DNA of 17,765 nucleotides, taken from NCBI GenBank assembly GCA_039815185.1, contig JBCBZT010000092.1, positions 1 through 17,765 on the forward strand. Reading direction: 5' to 3'. The translations under genes were made by a program, and so were the position numbers. Each line of letters begins with the position of its first letter. Positions within the stretch are counted from its first letter, which is position 1. Under the pieces are notes generated by a model. That model ran no database searches. It was not told where the DNA came from and saw only the letters and a program-made list of their open reading frames with translations. This document shows, one piece after another, positions 1 through 7,710 of this stretch. This DNA is from Cyanobacteria bacterium P01_A01_bin.123. GTDB taxonomy: Bacteria > Cyanobacteriota > Cyanobacteriia > Phormidesmidales > Phormidesmidaceae.

Positions 1-131
1 GTACAACCCTAGTGTCTTTCTTTATCAACGGCCTTCGTCTCTGGTCAATGCTGAATACTCCTCTATGGGGAGCTTGGATATGACCGGACTACCTAATTGT
101 CATTAACCCTGATTAGCTGCCCATATAATTG

Positions 132-1145
132 TCACCCTATACTCAACGACAGCGCCGCGCTGTCGAGATCCTTTAACGTCCGCAGTCGTCCTTTTTTACC
201 TTGGTTGGTTGATTTCGAGAGTAAGTCTTTGATCAGCAGTTCCAAAACCGCCAGTGCATCATCCTGAGCACTGGCTTCTACGTCTTGAGCAAAGGCGAGG
301 AGTGTCGCGATGCGCCTGGGCTGAGACATTCGTTCAATGGTTTGGGCACGAGAGGTAAAGGCAGCGCGTGAAAGCATCTTGATTCGGCTGGGTGGCACCT
401 TTGGAAATATCAGATCACTCACGCCAATATCGCGTATGCGCCGTAGGCGATGAAGAGCCGCGACCAGAGCCGGGGCACTACGCCGCGTAGGCGAGCGTCT
501 CAACTGGTCAAGAACAGTTGTTCTCGCATCCGCATCTACCTTCAGCAGGGCCTCCAGTTGACGGCATTGCTCCGCATTCGGCAAACGTGACAGCCGTTGC
601 CAAACGCGCTGCGAGACTCGCTCGCGTACGGTAGCGACTAGGCGTTCCAACACACTGACTCCTGGTAGCAAGATCTTCTGTTCCAACAGCTGAGCTGTTG
701 CCAGATCAAAGAGGACGCTCGGTCCCTCTGTTCCAACCCAAGCTCGACCATACAGCCATCTCACAAACCGCCAATGCTCAGGCTGATGGCTGAAATCGCG
801 ATACCCGTAGTGTTGCTGAATCACACCTGCGTGTTCTCGATGGGTTTGAGGACGTTCTCGATAAGAAGAGAGAGTGCTAATATCGGCAATATCGAGCTGT
901 TGCGCCAGGTAGTTAACAACGGCAGGTGGCACGGCCAGTGGATTGCTCAAGAATGTACCCAAGAAACGCACAGTCCCCAACTGCAAAGCAAATCCCAAGC
1001 GATTGTGGTCACCTCGACGAACCGCTATCAATTGTCGGTCTAAGTCATCGAGATGAAAGTATCGGTCAAGTTGAAGCTCAGTGGGTTCTCCTGGATAGCG
1101 ACCATAGCGCTGTTGTTGTTCTTCAGTTAGAAAACGAACAGGCAT
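132..1145 (-). pseudogene. tnpA: Tn3-family transposase, N-terminal 337 aa only (DUF4158 region), no DDE catalytic domain
   Basis: MPVRFLTEEQQQRYGRY...RRGDHNRLGFALQLGTVRFLGTF...LLEQKILLPGVSVLERLV is the typical Tn3 TnpA N-terminus. Likely start is the ATG at 1145 (residue 71 of the ORF-track protein). It stops at 132 after RLRTLKDLDSAALSLS, whereas full TnpA is about 1000 aa. Confidence 0.9.
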
Positions 1146-1169
1146 GAGGCTAAGATAATCAGTCTTACC

Positions 1170-1197
1170 TTGACGTGTACCAAATAGAGTATAGTCT
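1170..1197 (+). promoter_or_regulatory. Putative sigma70 promoter of the resolvase, overlapping res
   Basis: TTGACG (1170-1175), 16 nt, TAGTCT (1192-1197). Overlap with res matches Tn3-type autoregulation. Confidence 0.4.
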
Positions 1198-1208
1198 AAT
1201 TGGCACAC
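1175..1208. promoter_or_regulatory. res site I-like palindrome (resolvase binding/crossover site)
   Basis: GTGTACCAAATAGAG-TATA-GTCTAATTGGCACAC is an imperfect inverted repeat around a central TATA, between divergent tnpA and resolvase. Related half-sites AATGGCACA (1217-1225) and TAATTGGTACA (1260-1270). Confidence 0.7.
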
Positions 1209-1262
1209 TAAAATGGAATGGCACAGCAGGGGTTTCAGCCCTCTATTCTCAGCAAGGTTTAA

Positions 1263-2501
1263 TTGGTACAAAAAACGGTTGCTATTTATTGTCGAGTTTC
1301 GACAACAGACCAATCTTGTGAACGTCAGGCGCAAGACTTGTTGTTCTATGCCCAAAAAGCTGATTTCAACGTTGTTGGTGTTTGGAAGGAGACCGCTTCA
1401 GGCACTAAGCAAAATCGGGTTGAGCGACAAAAGGTGATGGAGCTGGCGCAGGCTCGAAAGATTGACGCCATCCTGGTAACGGAAATGACCCGGTGGGGGC
1501 GCAGCACCTTAGATCTGATTCAAACGCTACAGGAATTGCAGAGCTGGGATGTTTCTTTGATTGCACAAACTGGGCTTCAGTTCGATTTGACCACGCCTCA
1601 AGGACGACTGATTGCCCAGTTGATGGCAGCACTAGCTGAGTTTGAGCGCGATTTAGTCAGTGAGCGGGTGCGCTCTGGACTAGCTGCTGCCAAGGCCAGG
1701 GGCAAGGTGCTGGGCAGGCAACCTGGCCAACGTCCGAAGTCTGACCGACTTGAGCCACAGGTGATACAGATGGTGGAAGATAAGGTTCCCTATCGCACGA
1801 TTGCCCATGACTTGAGACTTAGTAAAACGACCGTAACTGAAATCGTCAAACGCCACCGGCAAGCGCATCCTGATTTTCAATCCCCAAACTCTAAAATGGC
1901 TACTCGCAAGAAGACTCAGTCCATCTACCAGTTCAAGATTACGCTCAGAGATATCCGGCCACCCATTTGGCGGCGGGTGCAGGTGCGTAGTGATGCCACA
2001 CTAGGGCATTTGCATTGGGTCATTCAGTTTGCGATGGGGTGGACCAACTCCCACCTACACTCATTTTCAATTCAGGGGGTGGACTATTCTATGGCTATGC
2101 CCGACTTGGGCCTTGATGACTTGGACATGCTCAATGAGCAGCCAGTCAAGTTAAGCAAGGTCGTTACCGGGGAGAAGTTTAAGTTTTTCTATCTCTATGA
2201 CTTCGGCGATTCCTGGGAGCATGAAGTCATAGTCGAAAAGGTACTTACTGCTGAGAAAGATACTCACTATCCTGTCTGTATTAAGGCTAAAAGGGCCTGC
2301 CCACCTGAAGATTGTGGGGGAACTTGGGGGTATCAGGAGCTGCTAGAAGCGATTAAAGATCCTGAGCATCCTGAACATGCCTTGAGGCTCGAATGGTTAG
2401 GCACGTCCTTCGACCCAGAGGAGGCTGACCTCGATGAGATCAATGATCTGCTCAAGACAATTCCTCATGATACGGCTAAATTTAACGGCTACATCCCTTG
2501 A
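1263..2501 (+). CDS. tnpR: Serine recombinase (resolvase) fused in frame to a pRiA4b ORF-3-like domain
   Basis: TTG start. AIYCRVST (catalytic Ser), TRWGRS, AEFERDLVSERVRSGLAAAKARG..LGR and a C-terminal HTH. From Met at 1896: YQFKITLRDIRPPIWRRVQV, LHWVIQFAMGWTNSHLHSF, YLYDFGDSWEHEV, RACPPEDCGGTWGY, typical of the pRiA4b ORF-3 family. Confidence 0.9.
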   Translation: MVQKTVAIYCRVSTTDQSCERQAQDLLFYAQKADFNVVGVWKETASGTKQNRVERQKVMELAQARKIDAILVTEMTRWGRSTLDLIQTLQELQSWDVSLIAQTGLQFDLTTPQGRLIAQLMAALAEFERDLVSERVRSGLAAAKARGKVLGRQPGQRPKSDRLEPQVIQMVEDKVPYRTIAHDLRLSKTTVTEIVKRHRQAHPDFQSPNSKMATRKKTQSIYQFKITLRDIRPPIWRRVQVRSDATLGHLHWVIQFAMGWTNSHLHSFSIQGVDYSMAMPDLGLDDLDMLNEQPVKLSKVVTGEKFKFFYLYDFGDSWEHEVIVEKVLTAEKDTHYPVCIKAKRACPPEDCGGTWGYQELLEAIKDPEHPEHALRLEWLGTSFDPEEADLDEINDLLKTIPHDTAKFNGYIP

Positions 2502-2518
2502 CATGAAAGGGATACAGC

Positions 2519-2556
2519 CTTAGCGTAGTTTTCTGTTCCATTACTACTCAAACCCC
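2519..2556 (-). repeat. 38-bp Tn3-family terminal inverted repeat
   Basis: Reverse complement is GGGGTTTGAGTAGTAATGGAACAGAAAACTACGCTAAG: exactly 38 nt, terminal GGGG, internal GAAAA and ACGCTAAG. Confidence 0.92.
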
Positions 2557-3153
2557 ATCGCTCAAGACTCGCCGCTAGCCGCCCCTGAAATCAATGGGTT
2601 TCTTGACTGGCTTCGACATCCCGACGATGGCACCCCGCCCCGAGGGCCTCGTCCGGGTGAAGGCAGTTTTTGTGTCGTCAACTATGCTTCGGGAGCAGAG
2701 AATATGGTTTGGAGCGATCGCCCCACGTTCATCATCCAGGGTAGTCCCCGCAGTTTGGCACTGTATCAGGACATCGACCAGGAGCCCATTTGGGAACATC
2801 CGGTCAATGATGCTGAGGTGGTGGTCTACACTGGCCCACCGCTGGAGCCCGATACCGTATACACCTTCCGGGCACGACACCCGCGCTTTGAGTCCAGCAT
2901 TTTCGAGCAGCGGGAACTGCGGACGATGAGCTTTGACGAGGAGATACAGACCACAGCCAACCTAATATCGCTGGAAGGAGAAATGCGTAATGGTGAGTCC
3001 GTAACAGAATCTGACATCGCGATCGCCAAGGCTGACTATTTTTGGCGATTTGGGTTAGAGGCTGAGGCGTGGGCCGCCACTTGGCCGTTGCAAAAGGGGT
3101 CTCCAGAAGTGACTGAAGCGATCGCCACTAGCGTTGAACATTTGTGTAAATAG
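2557..3153 (+). pseudogene. 5'-truncated DUF928-like protein interrupted by the Tn3 element
   Basis: The frame of ORF 2704-3153 is open back to the IR (IAQDSPLAAPEINGFLDWLRHPDDGTPPRGPRPGEGSFCVVNYASGAENMVWSDRPTF...). Further upstream there is no ATG before a TAG at 2521 inside the IR. RG..C..SDRPTF, YTGPPLEP..Y and A..FW..GL..EA resemble DUF928 proteins, which often neighbour CHAT genes. Three HIP1 sites. Confidence 0.6.
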
Positions 3154-3228
3154 ACCTGATGTCGAAACGTGCCTTGATCGAATAAAAAAACCCAATCGAC
3201 CTTTATGAAGATGAATCCTTTGTGAAGG

Positions 3229-3256
3229 TGAATAAGCTGGCAACCTTCAGAGATAG
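3229..3256 (+). promoter_or_regulatory. Shared bipartite upstream motif, copy 1
   Basis: TGAATAAG-ctggcaacctt-CAGAGATAG, 30 nt before ATG 3287. Confidence 0.65.
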
Positions 3257-3286
3257 GCTGCTAAGTAGTGGACTGAGAGAAGAAAA

Positions 3287-6200
3287 ATGGTGCTGAACAA
3301 GAAACTGACCGGTAGCTTGATGTCATTAGTGTTGGCGATTAGCAGCCCCTCTGGAATTCCTAATGAAACAGCCTCAGCATCACCTCATCAGCTTGCCCAA
3401 GTGGCACCCACCTCTGTCACAGATCGCCTTGACAGCAATAGTCAGGTACTTCATGACGGCAGCTACTACAACATCCATACCTTTGAAGGGCAAGCTGGAG
3501 AAGTCATCAATATCGAGCTGGTTAGTGAAGAGTTTGACACTTATCTAATTCTCTTAGGACCGGATGAACAGCTTGTAGCGGAAGATGATGACGGCAATGG
3601 TGGTACGAATTCTCAGATTGTAGTGACGTTGCCCACTACAGGGATTTATCAGATTCTTGCTAACGCATATGGTGTTGGAGAAATCGGGCAGTACACCCTT
3701 ACCCAGAATTTTGCCTCTGATGATAATGGCACTAGTAATCTTGCAAGGCTCACTCAAATCACTCCAAACTCAATCACTGGGCAACTAGATGAAAATAGTG
3801 AAACCTCAGAAGGTGGACAATACTTTGATCTTCATTACTACGAGGGAACCGCAGGAGAAACTATCACCTTTGAACTAGACAGTGAGGATTTCGATGCTTA
3901 CTTACTTTTGCTAGGACCATCAGGCGAGGTTATTTCTGAAGACAATAACGGTGGAGAGACTACCAATGCAAGACTTACATTTGAACTGACAGCTACTGAT
4001 ACTTACACACTTGTTGCGAGTACTTACTCTTTTCACGAGAAAGGCGAATACACGTTAGCATGGCGTCAAGGCTCAGAAGTTGAACGTTCTTTAGGTAGAG
4101 CAGATTTTCTAAGAAATCAAGCCTTTGATTTGGGTAGCCAAGGCCAATTTATTGAAGCTGAGTTTCTATACCGAGAAGCCTTAAGTATTCGAGAGTTACA
4201 TTTGAGTGCACGACATCCCGATGTCGCACAAATTCTTGATGAATTGGCACTATTGAATAGATCTCAGAATAAGTATGAGGAAGCCGTAGATCTTTATTTG
4301 AGATCACTGTCGATATTGCAGGCATATCGGGAAAATATTAAAGCTTCTTTCCCAGGGTCTGAAGATAGCTATGCCCCCATATCATTTTCTGGGGATTATC
4401 TTAACAGTGAGCGCGATCTCTCTAGAAGCCTACTACGTAACATCGAGCTACGTATAGGATATATCCTTTCAGATTTATCAGATATACACTTGATCCGAGG
4501 AGACTTTGAAGAGTCAGAGAACTATCGTCTAGCGTGTATTGAAATGTTTCCTGTGGTTTGCGGATATTCTTTGTCTGTCATAGAACCACTCATTGAAGCA
4601 ATTGAATTAAGCATGAGGGCGGAGGAATACGATAAAGCTATGTCCTTTTTGGAGAACATTGTAACTATAGAGGATGACGAGATAATTACGTTAGATTTTT
4701 TCCTCGCCTCTGATCTCGAAAAGATGCTTCATGTGGAAATCCTTAAGGAAACTAGTGATATTGCTGTTTCTTTGAGTTTAGAATCAAACGGTTCTCAATA
4801 CCCAAGATCAGCTAATCTTGCCATCTACACCATACTTAAACGTAAAGGTTTACTGCTAGAGACACAAATGAATGTTCAGCAAGAAATAACCTCGTTTATC
4901 CGCCAGGGAAGTCAGCCTACATCAGAAGAGGAAGTCTTGTTAAATCAACTATTACAGAGCCAGCGCGAATTAGCGAATGCTTACCACAACTCTAGCCTTC
5001 AACAAGATCAAAATAGAATAGCTGAACTAGAAGCTGACATTGACCGGATAGAATCTGAGCTGAGAAATTCTGAAAATATATGCATTTCTTATTTTAATTG
5101 CATACCCGTTGCCTCTGAAGACTATCATTCAGCCCTTGGCCCTGGAGACCCTTCGCCATATCCACGCTATGCAGAAGAATGGAATTTGTTGTTTTACAAC
5201 AACCGTATTGACTCAGGCATTGGTCTCATAACGGAACGAATTCCTAACAAAGGTGCGGTGGTAGAGTACGTTCGATATCAACCCTTTAGTTACACTGAAA
5301 TCGAAAATCGCTTCGGTTCTCCCCGCTATGCTGCTTACATCCTCTTCTCTGATGGCCGCATCGAAGCCATCGACTTGGGTAGTGCCGCCGAGATTGATGC
5401 GACAGTACAGGACTTCCTAGAGCTATTACAAAACCGTAATGCTGACTTTCAGAGGGCGGGAGCAAGACCGACTGTGCGCCAAGCAGATATCGAGCAGATG
5501 ACAGGCGACCTTAAAGCCCTCGTGTTCGACCCGATCGCCCCTTATCTGCAAGACACCGAGCATCTCCTTATCTCCCCCGACGGTCAGCTCAACCTGCTGC
5601 CCTTCGAGGCGATGCAAACCGAGGCGGGGGGTGAGTATCTGGTGCAGCAATACCAAATCAGCTACCTCAACTCTGGGCGTGACTTACTGAAGTTTGATGT
5701 CATTGAGCCCAGTCAAAATCCGGCGGTCATCGTCGCCAACCCCGATTATGAAACGGCTGACGGCACGGTCGTAGCTCAGGGACGCAGCACGAGCGACAAT
5801 CGTCGCTCCACCGAACTCAGCCAGTTGCAAGTCGGCCCCCTCCCCGGCACTGCCGCCGAAGCCGAAGCCCTTCGTCCCCTCCTCCCCAATGCCGAAATCC
5901 ACACCGAGGACGAAGCCACCGAAAACCTGCTCAAATCCGTGCAAGCGCCACGCATTTTGCACATTGCCACCCACGGTTTCTTTCTGTCCAACGTGGAACG
6001 CCCCGATCGCAATGCCCAATTCGGGGCTGGCCTCATCGCTAGCGATAATCCTCTCGGCAGTGCAATTACTCCCGGCGTCGTAACCGAAAATCCCCTCTTG
6101 CGCTCTGGTCTTGCTTTAGCGGGTTTCAACACCCGTAGCAGCGGCAGCGAAGACGGCGTCTTCACCGCGCTCGAAGCGTCGCAGCTCAACCTGTTCGGCA

Positions 6201-6511
6201 CCCAGCTCGTCGTCCTCTCCGCTTGTGACACCGGCCTTGGCGATATCAGCAACGGCGAAGGTGTCTATGGGTTGCGGCGGGCGTTTGCCCTGGCCGGAGC
6301 TGAAACTCAACTGCTCAGCCTCTGGCAAGTCAGCGACTTCGGTACCCAAAGCCTGATGGCCCGCTACTACGAAAACCTCACTGCTGGCATTGGCCGCAGC
6401 GAAGCCCTGCGAGAAGTGCAGCTAGAGATGATCGAGCAGGGCGGGGAGTACAGCCACCCTTACTATTGGGCTGCTTTTGTCTTAACTGGCGACTGGCGGC
6501 CACTGGAGTAA
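3287..6511 (+). CDS. Exported PPC-PPC-TPR-CHAT protease (1074 aa)
   Basis: Sec-like signal MVLNKKLTGSLMSLVLAISS. Two PPC-like beta domains (FEGQAGE...FDTYLILLGP...DDDGNGGTNS and a paralogous repeat, about 3410-3703 and 3767-4060). Kinesin-light-chain-type TPRs (HPDVAQILDELALL). CHAT motifs SPDGQLNLLPFEA, HIATHG (H896), LSACDTG (C980), SLWQVSD, HPYYWAAF. Confidence 0.93.
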   Translation: MVLNKKLTGSLMSLVLAISSPSGIPNETASASPHQLAQVAPTSVTDRLDSNSQVLHDGSYYNIHTFEGQAGEVINIELVSEEFDTYLILLGPDEQLVAEDDDGNGGTNSQIVVTLPTTGIYQILANAYGVGEIGQYTLTQNFASDDNGTSNLARLTQITPNSITGQLDENSETSEGGQYFDLHYYEGTAGETITFELDSEDFDAYLLLLGPSGEVISEDNNGGETTNARLTFELTATDTYTLVASTYSFHEKGEYTLAWRQGSEVERSLGRADFLRNQAFDLGSQGQFIEAEFLYREALSIRELHLSARHPDVAQILDELALLNRSQNKYEEAVDLYLRSLSILQAYRENIKASFPGSEDSYAPISFSGDYLNSERDLSRSLLRNIELRIGYILSDLSDIHLIRGDFEESENYRLACIEMFPVVCGYSLSVIEPLIEAIELSMRAEEYDKAMSFLENIVTIEDDEIITLDFFLASDLEKMLHVEILKETSDIAVSLSLESNGSQYPRSANLAIYTILKRKGLLLETQMNVQQEITSFIRQGSQPTSEEEVLLNQLLQSQRELANAYHNSSLQQDQNRIAELEADIDRIESELRNSENICISYFNCIPVASEDYHSALGPGDPSPYPRYAEEWNLLFYNNRIDSGIGLITERIPNKGAVVEYVRYQPFSYTEIENRFGSPRYAAYILFSDGRIEAIDLGSAAEIDATVQDFLELLQNRNADFQRAGARPTVRQADIEQMTGDLKALVFDPIAPYLQDTEHLLISPDGQLNLLPFEAMQTEAGGEYLVQQYQISYLNSGRDLLKFDVIEPSQNPAVIVANPDYETADGTVVAQGRSTSDNRRSTELSQLQVGPLPGTAAEAEALRPLLPNAEIHTEDEATENLLKSVQAPRILHIATHGFFLSNVERPDRNAQFGAGLIASDNPLGSAITPGVVTENPLLRSGLALAGFNTRSSGSEDGVFTALEASQLNLFGTQLVVLSACDTGLGDISNGEGVYGLRRAFALAGAETQLLSLWQVSDFGTQSLMARYYENLTAGIGRSEALREVQLEMIEQGGEYSHPYYWAAFVLTGDWRPLE

Positions 6512-6772
6512 TACCAACTTAGATTCACGTCGTTATCCACCAATGCCGACTTTTCCCTCTAGGGCCCACAAACTCAAACTTGATACCAGAGCTTAGCCCA
6601 TGTCTGCTAACGGAAACCTGGCATCAAACTCCATTGACGTGTTGCAGCAGAGTTAGGAGTGAGGAATGCGGAGTTTTGAGGTGGCAGTCCCCTTGCATTG
6701 GGCTTTTGGAAACTTGAGCAGTTCAGACGAAACGGCTGCTTGCTGTAATCAGTCAACCCATTGCTTCAGAAG

Positions 6773-6800
6773 TGTATAAGTTGTTCGCCATCAGATAGAT
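6773..6800 (+). promoter_or_regulatory. Shared bipartite upstream motif, copy 2 (degenerate)
   Basis: TGTATAAG-ttgttcgccat-CAGATAGAT, preceded by GAAG, 28 nt before ATG 6829. Confidence 0.5.
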
Positions 6801-6828
6801 GTCTGTGTGAACCAAGATTTACGGTGCC

Positions 6829-7599
6829 ATGATGTCTATCCCCAACGGTTTCATTCCCTCGCTACCGCTGACGATTCCAACGACCCTGGTCAAAACCGAT
6901 CACCCCCCTAGCGATCTATTCGTAATCTTGGCGATCGCTCACAAAGATTTCATTTGGGCTAATCATCATTACCAGCAAGGGCAATTTCCTGAAGCGTTAG
7001 CCAAGTTTGAAGCAGCCCTCAATTACTATACGCAAGCTCAAGAGACCACCGGTATGGGCCAAAGCCTCAATGGTTTGAGTGCGGTGTATTTGTCTCTAGG
7101 ACAACCGGAGCGATCGCTGATTTGCAGCCAAGCCGCCGCCGCCATTTTGGAGGATACTGAAGCGAAGTACGACTATGCGATCGCCCTCTACCAGCTCGGC
7201 CTTAGCCATTTTGAGCTGCAGCATATCGCCCAGGCTGAGCGCAGTTTTGAAAACGCACTCAAGCAGTTTTACCACCTGTCAGCTATTGACTATGAAAACC
7301 GCATCCTGATCGACCTTGGACGCATATATGCTCAGCAGCACAAATTTCTCTTCGCCCTCGCCTGCTACGAGTCCGTTCTGGACAGCTTGATCGTTAACCC
7401 ATTTCTGGAAAATCGCCGCGAGACGCTAAGTGCTGTGGTGCAGGCAGTGGCACAACTTAGCCAGCACGAAAAACTAGGAAAGGGAGCGATCTCGGCGTTT
7501 CAATCCGTGCTCGAAGAGTACAGTCTGGCCGCTTATCATCTACAAGTTGCATCTCACCTGCAACCCTCCCAGCAGCCTTTGCCAATGAGAACGGAATAA
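6829..7599 (+). CDS. Stand-alone tetratricopeptide repeat protein (256 aa)
   Basis: About four 40-aa TPRs (YQQGQFPEALAKFEAAL, LNGLSAVYLSLGQPERSL, LYQLGLSHFELQHIAQAE, LIDLGRIYAQQHKFLFAL). No clear signal peptide or catalytic domain. Confidence 0.85.
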   Translation: MMSIPNGFIPSLPLTIPTTLVKTDHPPSDLFVILAIAHKDFIWANHHYQQGQFPEALAKFEAALNYYTQAQETTGMGQSLNGLSAVYLSLGQPERSLICSQAAAAILEDTEAKYDYAIALYQLGLSHFELQHIAQAERSFENALKQFYHLSAIDYENRILIDLGRIYAQQHKFLFALACYESVLDSLIVNPFLENRRETLSAVVQAVAQLSQHEKLGKGAISAFQSVLEEYSLAAYHLQVASHLQPSQQPLPMRTE

Positions 7600-7645
7600 G
7601 GCGATTGCTTGTCGAAAAGTCTTGAAGCAAAAGATTGCCTGAAAG

Positions 7646-7673
7646 TGAATAAGCTCTCACAGCCCAGAGCTAT
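7646..7673 (+). promoter_or_regulatory. Shared bipartite upstream motif, copy 3
   Basis: TGAATAAG-ctctcacagcc-CAGAGCTAT, 37 nt before ATG 7711. Confidence 0.65.
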
Positions 7674-7710
7674 ATGCTGGTGTCAGCTCCAGAGATGAAG
7701 TTAACCTGCC

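Larger units (their letters stand above)
132..2556. mobile_element. Tn3-family transposon remnant (truncated tnpA, res, resolvase fusion, one 38-bp terminal IR)
   Basis: Divergent tnpA/serine-resolvase pair with a palindromic res-like site between them and a canonical GGGG...ACGCTAAG IR at 2519-2556. No HIP1 octamers seen in this segment, unlike the flanking DNA. Confidence 0.9.

Noticed and set aside
94..141. Tn7/CAST-type transposon end
   Set aside because: The repeated AATTGTCA resembles TnsB sites, but there is no terminal TGT/ACA at the junction and no tns genes in the window.
1146..1355. 70-aa N-terminal extension of tnpA in the ORF track
   Set aside because: It overlaps the res site and the divergent resolvase start. 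TnpA-like sequence begins at MPVRF (1145).
2575..3243. Alternative ORFs 2594-2929(+), 2575-2880(-), 2826-3029(-), 3055-3243(-)
   Set aside because: They overlap the better-supported DUF928-like frame and have no recognisable motifs.
6512..6772. Riboswitch, ribozyme or MITE in the longest intergenic region
   Set aside because: Only a weak stem (AGCAGTT/GGCTGCT near 6717-6740). No recognisable aptamer or hammerhead core and no matching terminal IRs. An Rfam/Infernal scan would be needed.
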